Below, in pieces: positions 48,794 to 57,416 of a stretch of 64,000 nt of DNA; within the stretch, counting starts at the first letter, position 1, and the number at the start of each line of letters is the position of its first letter. This DNA is from Fidelibacterota bacterium (lineage in GTDB: Bacteria > Fidelibacterota > SORT01). The notes beneath the pieces were generated by a model, which searched no databases, was not told the origin of the DNA, and was given only the letters and a program-made list of their open reading frames with translations. The stretch lies in contig JACZYG010000015.1 of NCBI GenBank assembly GCA_022571215.1, positions 63-64,062 on the forward strand, written 5' to 3'. The translations under genes and the position numbers were made by a program.

Positions 48794-49375
48794 ATGAACA
48801 GTGAAGAGAAAACCGATTACGAATTGATAGATGAAGCGATCGATGGTAACGAGGCGTCATATGGCATTATCATGGAGCGGTACAAGAATTCGCTTCATGG
48901 AATCATATACAGGATGGTTCGAAACCAGGAAGAGACGCAAGACCTGGTTCAGGAGGCTTTTATCAAGGCGTATAAGGCTCTTAGAACTTTTAATAAGCAG
49001 TATTCCTTCAGCACATGGCTCTTTAAGATAGCGTCGAACAATTGTATCGATCATCTGAGGAAAAAGCGTTTAAGCACAATCTCGATAGATGCGCCTATCG
49101 AAACGATGGATGGAAGCATAACACAGGATATTCCGGATAGCACTTACAATCCGGAGAAAGACATAATAAGGAATGAGGTGATCAATACAATTCATCATAC
49201 TATTGATCAACTCCCGAAGAAATACAGAGAGGTTATAAATTTGAGGCACAAGCAGGACAAGAGCTATGAAGAGATCGCCACGGAGCTGGATCTGCCGATC
49301 GGCACGGTTAAAGCCCGCATCTTTCGCGCTCGTGAGATTCTGAAAAAGTCGCTCAGGGAATTGAATCTAAGATGA
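48794..49375 (+). CDS. ECF-type RNA polymerase sigma factor
   Basis: Region 2 DLVQEAFIKAYKALRTF...STWLFKIASNNCIDHLRKK; region 4 HTH; 193 aa. Confidence 0.85.
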   Translation: MNSEEKTDYELIDEAIDGNEASYGIIMERYKNSLHGIIYRMVRNQEETQDLVQEAFIKAYKALRTFNKQYSFSTWLFKIASNNCIDHLRKKRLSTISIDAPIETMDGSITQDIPDSTYNPEKDIIRNEVINTIHHTIDQLPKKYREVINLRHKQDKSYEEIATELDLPIGTVKARIFRAREILKKSLRELNLR

Positions 49376-50274
49376 ATCTCCGCGTGCCCATTATAAACGC
49401 TGTCATTTTTCTGTTGCTCATAACCGGAAACAGTTTCGCCCAGCGTATGTCAGTCTTTTCCAAGGAAGAAGATCTGACCGATCAGGAAAGCCTTGAGATC
49501 AATTTGAGGCTGAGCGGCGGGAAGGTTTGGTTCACCAAATCACCGCACAATAAACTCTTCATGATAGAGGTCGAATATAACAGTGAAGAGTTACGACCGA
49601 GATACCGGTATGAAGATGACGATCCATCACTCTCCTTCGGACTTCAATCAAAAAACGACATATTCGACGATGATGACTGGACAAGTTTCCTGTTTGATGA
49701 TGATGACTTCAACATCGGAATATCGTCAGTAAAAAAGACCTCCTGGGATCTGAAATTCACCGACAAAGTTCCCCTAAATATTAACCTGTCCGCAGGCGCC
49801 ATAAAAGGGAATTTTGATTTCACGGGCATGATGATAAGAAACCTGAACATAGCAACAGGCGTAAGTAAGACATTCATCAGTTTTGATGAACCGAATCCCA
49901 TCAGGATGGAAGAATTCAATATAGAACTCGGATTGGCAAAGTTCAGAGGGAAACATCTCCTTAACGCAAATTTCGAGAAGATGACGATCGAAGGCGGTAT
50001 CGGCAAAAGTACTTTGGATTTCACAGGTGAGGTGATTGATAAATTTTATGTAGAGATTGAACTCGGTATCAGTTCCACAACAATAATACTGCCTACCAAT
50101 ATCGGAGTAAAAATTTACGCCGAAGTATCGCCTTTCACCTCCTTTGACACTAACGGGCTTATCGAGGTTGATGAGGACGAATACGAAAGTCCGAATTGGG
50201 GCAGTACGGAAGGCGAACTGGTCATTGAAATCGATACAGCTATCGGCTTCGTAAAGTTCATCTTCGAGGATTGA
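49372..50274 (+). CDS. putative membrane-anchored anti-sigma/accessory protein with a beta-rich (DUF4097/toastrack-like) C-terminal domain
   Basis: Translationally coupled (ATGA overlap) to the sigma-factor gene; N-terminal hydrophobic anchor; acidic linker (DDDD); repetitive beta-strand C-terminus. Confidence 0.45.
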   Translation: MNLRVPIINAVIFLLLITGNSFAQRMSVFSKEEDLTDQESLEINLRLSGGKVWFTKSPHNKLFMIEVEYNSEELRPRYRYEDDDPSLSFGLQSKNDIFDDDDWTSFLFDDDDFNIGISSVKKTSWDLKFTDKVPLNINLSAGAIKGNFDFTGMMIRNLNIATGVSKTFISFDEPNPIRMEEFNIELGLAKFRGKHLLNANFEKMTIEGGIGKSTLDFTGEVIDKFYVEIELGISSTTIILPTNIGVKIYAEVSPFTSFDTNGLIEVDEDEYESPNWGSTEGELVIEIDTAIGFVKFIFED

Positions 50275-50441
50275 TTCGCTGAAAATCTAATTTAGTTTTC
50301 TTGTTTCTTTAACTTCAAAACATAATCCATGCTGTCCGATCTCTTAAAATGTATCGAGATTGGCCGTCAGACCGATGTTGGGCAGGTTATTAGAGGGGAA
50401 TTTATTCTCTCCTCCTTTTTAAGGAGGGGAAACGATGTTAT

Positions 50442-50495
50442 ATGGAGTGCTTCAACTGAGTTGATGCAGCATTGACACAGTCAATGCACTCCAAA
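50442..50495. repeat. 53-bp nested-palindrome element, copy 4 (opposite orientation)
   Basis: tggagtgcttcaactgagttgatgcagcattgacacagtcaatgcactcca; preceded by the hairpin ctcctcctttttaaggagggg (50411-50430). Confidence 0.8.
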
Positions 50496-50606
50496 TAGAT
50501 CGTAATTGCGAAAAACCTAATCGGCACTTTCATATGCCGGCTGACAATTCAAATAAAAACGGCGATCCGCAAGGACCGCCGCTCTTACTTCACCTAAGAT
50601 CTGAGA

Positions 50607-51725
50607 CTATTCGTCTAATTTATATTTAGACTTATTTACGATAATGTCAATATTGTAAGCAGCTAGTTCTCTCCACCGACTGTCACGTTTGGCTTTTTCG
50701 AATGCCGCAATGGCTTCCGCTTCCATCGTGAGGCATTTGTAAGCCAACCCGAGTTCTATCCATGAACCGCCGTTGGTCGCTTTTATTCCCGTGGCCGCAA
50801 GAGCCGCATCCCTCGCGCTCTCACAATTGTTCAATTGATTATACGCTTCGGCGAGATGAAAGAAGGCTCTCGAATCTCTTTTGTTGAGAGAGGTCGCCTT
50901 TTCTTGAAGCGAAACAGCTTTTGTCCAATTACCCTGTTTGGAATACGCTATGCCCTGATCTCTGTATGCCCTTGCCATTTTCGGATTGGCATCCATCGCT
51001 TTCTGCGTGACTCTGATTACCCTGTCGTAGTTTTTACGATTGAGTTCAATTGCGCCGATATTCGTCCATGCTTTCGCATCCATTGGATTAAGCGAGGTCG
51101 CTGTCTCAAAATCTTTGATCGCCTCGTCATAATTCCGATCGGAAAGATATGAATTACCGCGCGCATAGTAGGCTTTGGACATCGTGGAATTGGCTTTAAT
51201 TGCCAGAGTAAATTGTTTGATAGACTCTTTATTGTTTCGTTGACGCTTCGCGATTATGCCCTTCATGTAATAAGCGCTTGAGTAGCCGGAATCAAAGTTT
51301 AAAACTGTATCATATTTCTTCAACGCCTTGGCATAATTGCCCTTTTTATATTCAAGATTCCCATCGTTGTAGTTTATACCGATGATGTTTTTGAGCTCTT
51401 TTCTGTACTTTACATTTTCCGGATCAAGTTCAATCGAGCGGCGAATATTTCTGCCCGCTTCAGCGTATTTCTTTTCCCTGACGTTTATCTTGCCGTGGAG
51501 GAAATATGCAGAGGCAAATTGTGAATCCAATGCAAGAAGATTTTTCAGCGAATCTTTGGCGACGGCGATGTTTCCATCTGTAAACGCTCTATTCGCTCCT
51601 ACCATAAGATTATTGATTATCCGCTGTTTCGCCTCTTCATCCGTTTCACCGCCCTGCGCGAAAAGCGCGTTTCCCGACAGTAATAGCATTACTCCGTAGA
51701 TAACTAATTTTGTGGTGATTTTCAT
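50607..51725 (-). CDS. TPR-repeat protein, secreted
   Basis: Signal peptide; at least 8 TPR-like repeats (AYY.KG.....Y..A...Y..A..L.P). Confidence 0.7.
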   Translation of the reverse strand: MKITTKLVIYGVMLLLSGNALFAQGGETDEEAKQRIINNLMVGANRAFTDGNIAVAKDSLKNLLALDSQFASAYFLHGKINVREKKYAEAGRNIRRSIELDPENVKYRKELKNIIGINYNDGNLEYKKGNYAKALKKYDTVLNFDSGYSSAYYMKGIIAKRQRNNKESIKQFTLAIKANSTMSKAYYARGNSYLSDRNYDEAIKDFETATSLNPMDAKAWTNIGAIELNRKNYDRVIRVTQKAMDANPKMARAYRDQGIAYSKQGNWTKAVSLQEKATSLNKRDSRAFFHLAEAYNQLNNCESARDAALAATGIKATNGGSWIELGLAYKCLTMEAEAIAAFEKAKRDSRWRELAAYNIDIIVNKSKYKLDE

Positions 51726-51764
51726 TCCAAATTATCCCTTATAATTATCGTTTCTCCAATTACG

Positions 51765-51848
51765 TGCCGAAGGCGGGATTCGAACCCGCACACCCGTTAG
51801 AGCACTGCCCCCTCAAGACAGCGTGTCTACCAGTTCCACCACTTCGGC
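51765..51848 (-). tRNA. tRNA-Leu (anticodon GAG)
   Basis: GCCGAAGTGGTGGAA...D-arm; anticodon stem CUGUC/GGCAG with loop UUGAGGG; long variable arm; T-arm GCGGG-UUCGAAU-CCCGC; acceptor GCCGAAG/CUUCGGC, discriminator A. Confidence 0.8.
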
Positions 51849-51857
51849 TACTCTCAC

Positions 51858-52205
51858 TCAATTACCGGAGTTCGGGTCATCTGATAGCGCGGGAGTTGAT
51901 GGAGCAGGCAAGGTTGCGCCCGGTCCCGGTGTTTGTTCCCTCGCGGCTTCCTGAATAAGACTGACACTCCCCTTATCAGGATTTGACATGAAACCAATCA
52001 TGATGGCTACGACCATAAAAGCCGCTACAAGACCAACTGTCAATTTTTGAAGGAAACTTGCGGCTCCTCTGCCGCCGAAAACCGCGCTTGTTCCCGCTCC
52101 GCCAAAAGCGCCGGCAAGACCCCCGCCTTTACTCGACTGCATTAAGATCGTGATCACAAGAGTCAAACTGACACAGATGTGAATCGTCACTAAAATTCCG
52201 TACAA
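51858..52205 (-). CDS. secG: preprotein translocase subunit SecG
   Basis: MYGILVTIHICVSLTLVITILMQSSKGGGLAGAFGG...FGGRGAASFLQKLT has two TM segments and the Gly-rich loop typical of SecG; a tRNA-Leu lies immediately downstream, as in many bacteria. Confidence 0.8.
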   Translation of the reverse strand: MYGILVTIHICVSLTLVITILMQSSKGGGLAGAFGGAGTSAVFGGRGAASFLQKLTVGLVAAFMVVAIMIGFMSNPDKGSVSLIQEAAREQTPGPGATLPAPSTPALSDDPNSGN

Positions 52206-52212
52206 ATTATCA

Positions 52213-52989
52213 TTACTCCTTACTTATATCTTCCGCAATAGCTGCAATACCGTTAAACGATTCCTGTTTCAAGCTTGCGCCGCCAATAAGCGCTCCGTCT
52301 ATATCCTGTTGACCGAGCAACTCTTCGGCATTCGTCAAAGATACACTGCCACCATACAAAATCAAAATACTTTCTCCCGCTTCTTCTCCCGCGTTCCCGT
52401 TCACGATATTTCTTATCTGTTTATGCATCTCCTCCGCCTGTTCGGGAGAAGCGACCTTCCCCGTACCAATCGCCCAGACAGGCTCGTACGCTATAACGAG
52501 ATTCTTTAGTTCGTTCTCAGAGAGGTTTTGAAGAAACGCCTCTACTTGTGTCTTTACGACCTTCTCCTGCTCCCCGTTTTCCCTCTGTTCGAGCGATTCC
52601 CCTACGCATCCGATAACGTGGAATCCGTTTGAAAGCGCATGTTTTACTTTCTTCGCGACTATCTCATCGGTTTCGCCAAAGATGGCGCGCCTCTCCGAAT
52701 GTCCGATAATGACCCAATCCACTCCGGTAGAGCGTATCATATCCAAGGAAATCTCACCCGTGTACGCCCCTGAGTCCTCGTAGTGGCAGTTTTGAGCGGC
52801 GATCAGCAAGTTTGAATCTTTAAATTTTTGACCCACAACGCCGAGAGAGATGAAAGCCGGGCTTATCAGTACATCTATATTCTTAAAGGATTCAACGCCT
52901 TCCGCTACCGCTTTGGCAAGTTGATAGGACTCATAAAGATCCAAATTCATCTTCCAGTTACCCGCTATGAGCAAACGCCTACCCATCAT
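52213..52989 (-). CDS. tpiA: triosephosphate isomerase
   Basis: AGNWKMN, IGHSERR, AYEPVWAIGTG, YGGSV. Confidence 0.9.
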   Translation of the reverse strand: MMGRRLLIAGNWKMNLDLYESYQLAKAVAEGVESFKNIDVLISPAFISLGVVGQKFKDSNLLIAAQNCHYEDSGAYTGEISLDMIRSTGVDWVIIGHSERRAIFGETDEIVAKKVKHALSNGFHVIGCVGESLEQRENGEQEKVVKTQVEAFLQNLSENELKNLVIAYEPVWAIGTGKVASPEQAEEMHKQIRNIVNGNAGEEAGESILILYGGSVSLTNAEELLGQQDIDGALIGGASLKQESFNGIAAIAEDISKE

Positions 52990-54185
52990 TCTTTCTCCTC
53001 CAGCATCTCAAGACCGGGCAGTGGATTCCCGGATAGAATCTCTAATGTCGCGCCCCCGCCCGTCGAAATATGAGAGACATCGTTTGAGAGATTCATCTGC
53101 TTCATAGCCGACGCGGAATCTCCGCCGCCTACTACCGTTGTGGCTCCCGCCTTTGTCAGCTCCACAAGTTTTCTACCGATGGAGACGGTACCGTTAGACC
53201 AATAAGGAACCTCGAAGATACCCATAGGACCGTTCCATATCACCGTTTTTGCTCCTTCAAGCACATGATCGAACTCCGCAACCGTCATCGGACCAATATC
53301 AACTCCCATTTTGTCGTCGCCGAGTTCGTCTATGAGACATACATCGCCCAACTCCGGTGAATCAACGGAGCTGACCGCTACACAATCCGTAGGGAGATGA
53401 TAATTTATCCCCTTTTTGCTCAACTCTCTCAATATTTCCTTGCAGGTGTCTACCAGGTTATCATCAACCAACGACTTCCCTACCGGATGCCCCAAAGCTT
53501 TCAGAAAGGTAAACGCCATTCCTCCACCTATGAGAAAAGCGTCGGCAAGTTTTGAAAGATTTTTTATCACCGGTATCTTATCCGAAACTTTCGCTCCGCC
53601 GAGAACCACCACCATAGGTATCCTCGGGTTTTCCACCAATTCACTCATATATTTTACTTCGGATTCCATCAAATAACCCGCAACCGCTGTATCCATAAAC
53701 TCCGGTACTCCGTACGTAGAAGCATGTTTCCTGTGAGCCGTACCGAAGGCGTCGTTGACATAAATATCGCCGTGAGCCGCCAATGCCTGAGCAAACTCGC
53801 TGTCATTCTCCGTTTCTTCCTTATGAAACCGGAGATTCTCCAAGAGCAACAGCTCGCCTGCCGCAAGCGATGATGACAGAGCGAGAGAATCGGCTCCAAT
53901 ACAATCGTCAGCAAACTTTACCTCCCTCGATAGAATTTTTGAAAGTGACTCGGCAACAGGTTTGAGGCTCAGCTTAGGCACAACCTCCCCGCCGGGTCTG
54001 CCGAGATGACTCATTAAGATGAGACTCCCCCCATCCTCCAACACTTTATCTATGCTCGGAATCGCCGCCTTGATACGCAGATCATCCTCTATCTTGCCTT
54101 CGGGGGAGAGAGGCACATTAAAATCAGCGCGCATCAGCACTCGCTTATTCAATAGTTTCAGATCATCGAGAGTGCGTTTAGTCAT
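52986..54185 (-). CDS. pgk: phosphoglycerate kinase
   Basis: RADFNVP, LMSHLGRPGG, GGGMAFTFLKA, STGGGATLE. Confidence 0.9.
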   Translation of the reverse strand: MTKRTLDDLKLLNKRVLMRADFNVPLSPEGKIEDDLRIKAAIPSIDKVLEDGGSLILMSHLGRPGGEVVPKLSLKPVAESLSKILSREVKFADDCIGADSLALSSSLAAGELLLLENLRFHKEETENDSEFAQALAAHGDIYVNDAFGTAHRKHASTYGVPEFMDTAVAGYLMESEVKYMSELVENPRIPMVVVLGGAKVSDKIPVIKNLSKLADAFLIGGGMAFTFLKALGHPVGKSLVDDNLVDTCKEILRELSKKGINYHLPTDCVAVSSVDSPELGDVCLIDELGDDKMGVDIGPMTVAEFDHVLEGAKTVIWNGPMGIFEVPYWSNGTVSIGRKLVELTKAGATTVVGGGDSASAMKQMNLSNDVSHISTGGGATLEILSGNPLPGLEMLEEKE

Positions 54186-54187
54186 CG

Positions 54188-55219
54188 TTAACCGAAGAAC
54201 GTTTTTGCGAGGTTATACAGTTCCGCCGGCACGAGCTTCAGCTCGCTCGTAGCGTCCGAAAGCGGAACGGGTACTATTTCATTACCCCTGAGCGCGGCCA
54301 TCTTGCCGAAATCGCCGTCATTCACATAATCCGCCGCCGCTAAACCGAAACGGGTCGCCAACATCCTGTCGTATGCCGTGGGCGAACCGCCTCTCTGAGT
54401 ATGACCGAGCACGACCGTCCTAATTTCGTCGCCCGTCTGCTTGGCGATTTCCTTACCGACATACTCGCCTATGCCGCCAAGCCGTACATGCCCGAACTCG
54501 TCCAAAGAATCATCTTGAGTTACCGCACTCTCATCGCCCTCGATAGCCGCTCCTTCCGATACGACGATAATATGGAATTTCTTTCCCGCCTCTTTCCGCT
54601 TATTGATAATAGCCACAACCTCGGAGATAGACATTTTAAACTCGGGAAGCATTATGCAGTGAGCGCTTCCGGCAATTCCCGCGTGAAGAGCTATCCACCC
54701 GGCATGTCTCCCCATGACCTCCACGACTATGGTTCTGTGATGCGATCTTGCGGTGGTAGTCAACCGGTCTATGGCATCTACGGCAATTGTCAGAGCGGTG
54801 TCGAATCCGAATGTCGCGTCTGTCGCCGACAGGTCATTGTCTATAGTTTTCGGCACTCCGACGCACGCTATTCCATCCTCCGAGAGTTTAGTGGCGACCG
54901 ACAGAGTATCGTCTCCGCCGATAGCGATAATAGCGTCAAACTCGAATCGCTTAATATTCTCTTTTACGCTTTTAAGCTGTTCTTCATCCTTGTAAGGATT
55001 GGTGCGGGAGGTACCGAGAATAGTTCCGCCCTCACGAATTAATCCAGCCATATCAGATGATTCCAACCGATAAACGTCGCCTTCGACCAGTCCCCTCCAT
55101 CCGTCCCGGATTCCGTACACTTCGTGACCATGAGCATCTATAGAACGCCTGACAATTGCCCTAATGGCGGCGTTCAATCCCGGGCAATCTCCTCCACCCG
55201 TTAAGATCCCGATTCGCAT
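54188..55219 (-). CDS. pfk: 6-phosphofructokinase, likely pyrophosphate-dependent (short PfkA-type)
   Basis: GILTGGGDCPGLNAAIR, MGRHAGW; GGDDT replaces GGDGS and PKTIDND replaces PGTIDND, which are the Asp104/Lys124 signatures of PPi-PFKs. Confidence 0.8.
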   Translation of the reverse strand: MRIGILTGGGDCPGLNAAIRAIVRRSIDAHGHEVYGIRDGWRGLVEGDVYRLESSDMAGLIREGGTILGTSRTNPYKDEEQLKSVKENIKRFEFDAIIAIGGDDTLSVATKLSEDGIACVGVPKTIDNDLSATDATFGFDTALTIAVDAIDRLTTTARSHHRTIVVEVMGRHAGWIALHAGIAGSAHCIMLPEFKMSISEVVAIINKRKEAGKKFHIIVVSEGAAIEGDESAVTQDDSLDEFGHVRLGGIGEYVGKEIAKQTGDEIRTVVLGHTQRGGSPTAYDRMLATRFGLAAADYVNDGDFGKMAALRGNEIVPVPLSDATSELKLVPAELYNLAKTFFG

Positions 55220-55391
55220 TGTTCAGTTCCCTCGCTCTTTTAATAGTCTATCAATAATGTCGATTTCTCGAAGAAAAATATTACAGCAACAATCAAAAAC
55301 ATGCAAGAGTTATATTAGGAATTAGCGAACTCGAACCGGATAGTGAGATATTGACCGAATCTTAACTCTTAACACACCTCGTCCTGCGAGC

Positions 55392-55444
55392 GCCCCTCTT
55401 ACACAGAGGGGAATTTATAATCCCTCCTTATCTAAGGAGGGGAA
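55392..55444. repeat. tandem G/C hairpins (cccctcttacacagagggg; ccctccttatctaaggaggg)
   Basis: Module A and B family members. Confidence 0.6.
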
Positions 55445-55450
55445 ATTCAT

Positions 55451-55570
55451 CGTCATTGCGAGGAGCAGCGAACCCAGCCGTTGGCGGGGTATGCTGTGAC
55501 GTGGCAATCTCATAATTGCGGTTGTGGATAGATTTGAGATTGCTTCGTTGCTACGCTCCTCGCAAATACA
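55451..55570. repeat. MITE-like element with terminal inverted repeats tcattgcgaggagc / gctcctcgcaaat
   Basis: About 115 bp; internal ggcaatctca/tgagattgc inverted repeat; its leader ggaggggaaattcatcgtcattgcga is 26/26 identical to 55742-55767. Confidence 0.7.
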
Positions 55571-55756
55571 GGTGTTAGCTGGGTCTGACTGAATTCTGGC
55601 GGGGGAGGAACACGGTAAGTGTCAATAGAATCAACCGAAAGTGACGTACTATTTGTCAATTATGTGCGAGTCAGGGCTTGCCCTGACCGCCACAAAATAA
55701 GTCAACCACCCCCGCGCTTACAGCGCGTCCCCTCCTTTCAAGGAGGGGAAATTCAT

Positions 55757-55900
55757 CGTCATTGCGAATCCACCAACTGGCGGATGAAGCCTGCCCGACT
55801 TTGGTCAGGCGGGCAATCTCAGAACCTATTTACGAGAATATTACAATTGAACTGAATCATCATTGTGAAATTGCTTCGACGCCATGCGGGCAATGACATC
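55757..55900. repeat. MITE-like element (gtcattgcgaat...gcaatctcag...gcgggcaatgacatc)
   Basis: Same termini family; contains the gcctgcccgacttggtcaggcggg module shared with 16690, 41855 and 48650. Confidence 0.6.
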
Positions 55901-55966
55901 TAAAGAGTATTCAAATATTCCCTTGTCGGGGCTTAACCGCCTGAGTATATTTAACGGAGGAGTTCA

Positions 55967-56185
55967 ATGACAGTAATACTCGTACTCGTTTACATCACCC
56001 TAACTCGTTTGGTAATGTGGGTGTTCGAAGACACAATTTTCAAATGGGGTGTCAAACTGTTTTTTATTATTCTCCTCAATGCCGCCGCTACTTATTTCAT
56101 GTACGATTTCATTGATGATCAATTTCAGCACGTCAGAGACACTTCTAAGAATTATTATAAGCGTTACGATAACTTGGTAGAATAA
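55967..56185 (+). CDS. small hypothetical membrane protein
   Basis: 72 aa, two predicted TM helices; no homology recognisable. Confidence 0.3.
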   Translation: MTVILVLVYITLTRLVMWVFEDTIFKWGVKLFFIILLNAAATYFMYDFIDDQFQHVRDTSKNYYKRYDNLVE

Positions 56186-56202
56186 AAGAGCTCTCAATCT
56201 CT

Positions 56203-56991
56203 CTAAATCAGACCGCTGCCAAGCAGTAGAGCGACGACAAGCAACATCCCTCCAACTAAGTTCCGGACGTAACGCATCTTTACCTTCTTCATCAGACGAC
56301 TCCCTATAAAAGAACCGAGAAACGCCGTCAGCACAGCGGCGGATATAAGATTCAACCCTCCCGAATCAACGATAGTAGTGAGAGTTCCTCCGAAAAACAG
56401 AGTGCCGTAGACAGCGACTCTCGACAGATCAACCGCCACAGAACAAACGACTCCCGTGCCTATGAACTTAGTTTTATCATCAATAGAACGGATGAGAAAC
56501 GCGCTGCGAAGAGCGCCCTGATGACCCGAAAGTCCGCCGAAAAACCCCGAAAGAGCGCCGCCTAACGGCAGATACTTTTTTGGAAAGGAGAGCTCATCGA
56601 ATCGTTTGGACAACTCCAGCAGAGCAAAAAGCAGCATGAGCAGACCGACTACCAATTTGAGAATCGTCAATTCACGGACACCATAGAATTCGTAAGAATA
56701 CAGCGGCTCTGACGTTGCCATCCGGGTCAATAAATAAGCGCCGAACGCAGAAAAGACGAGTCCCGGAATTATAAAACGAACGGCTATCTTCCAATCCGCG
56801 TATCTCCCGACAAGCGTCAGTTTGAACAGATTATTGGAGAGATGCACAACAGCGGTCATCGCTACCGCCGCCTCAAGAGGAAAGAAGATCGCAAAGACGG
56901 GCATCAGCAGCGTTCCGATGCCAAACCCGGAAAAGAGAGTCAAAGCAGCCACTAAAAGCGCGGCAGCCATTACGGTCAGATACATTAACAT
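56203..56991 (-). CDS. TauE/SafE (DUF81) family anion exporter
   Basis: Internally duplicated 4+4 TM protein with GFGIGTLLMP and a G-rich helix. Confidence 0.75.
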   Translation of the reverse strand: MLMYLTVMAAALLVAALTLFSGFGIGTLLMPVFAIFFPLEAAVAMTAVVHLSNNLFKLTLVGRYADWKIAVRFIIPGLVFSAFGAYLLTRMATSEPLYSYEFYGVRELTILKLVVGLLMLLFALLELSKRFDELSFPKKYLPLGGALSGFFGGLSGHQGALRSAFLIRSIDDKTKFIGTGVVCSVAVDLSRVAVYGTLFFGGTLTTIVDSGGLNLISAAVLTAFLGSFIGSRLMKKVKMRYVRNLVGGMLLVVALLLGSGLI

Positions 56992-57050
56992 CGGTTCATT
57001 CTCATAAAATATTAATTAGAGAATGAATATATGTCTGCTACAATAAAATA

Positions 57051-57085
57051 AAAAGCCCCGAGTTTCCTCAGGGCTTTATTTTTCT
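57051..57085 (-). terminator. bidirectional rho-independent terminator
   Basis: aaagccc-N12-gggcttt with T-runs on both strands; lies downstream of the Tal-like gene on the minus strand. Confidence 0.6.
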
Positions 57086-57416
57086 CTTTTATCATTAAAT
57101 ACGGGTCAGTGTGCCCACCCGTATGCTGTCCATTCCATTATCTTTATCCTCACTATTCGTTTGCATGAGTATATACGTAAATGTAGAATATTTGTTCCAT
57201 GATGGTTGATTTTTAGCAATTAAATAATTGAATCCTCTAAGTTCTTATTTCCGCATTCATTTCCTGCTCAATTTCTTAATTTTACCGCTATTTAACAGCT
57301 TATAACCAAATTTGATTACTTTCCATTTCCGCTTCTATTTCCACTGTGATTTCCGTGGTAATGATAACAAATTAAGACTTTTTATGATTTAGGATAGACT
57401 AACCGAGAGGTAGAAA

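Noticed and set aside
51764-51958. 64-aa plus-strand ORF
   Set aside because: It entirely overlaps tRNA-Leu on the opposite strand and the secG 3-prime end, so it is an artefact.
57086-57416. AT-rich 330-bp tract as a possible phage attachment site or origin
   Set aside because: No direct repeat matching a tRNA 3-prime end, no integrase nearby and no DnaA-box-like repeats. It is treated only as compositional evidence for the foreign origin of the Dit-Tal/Mrr block.
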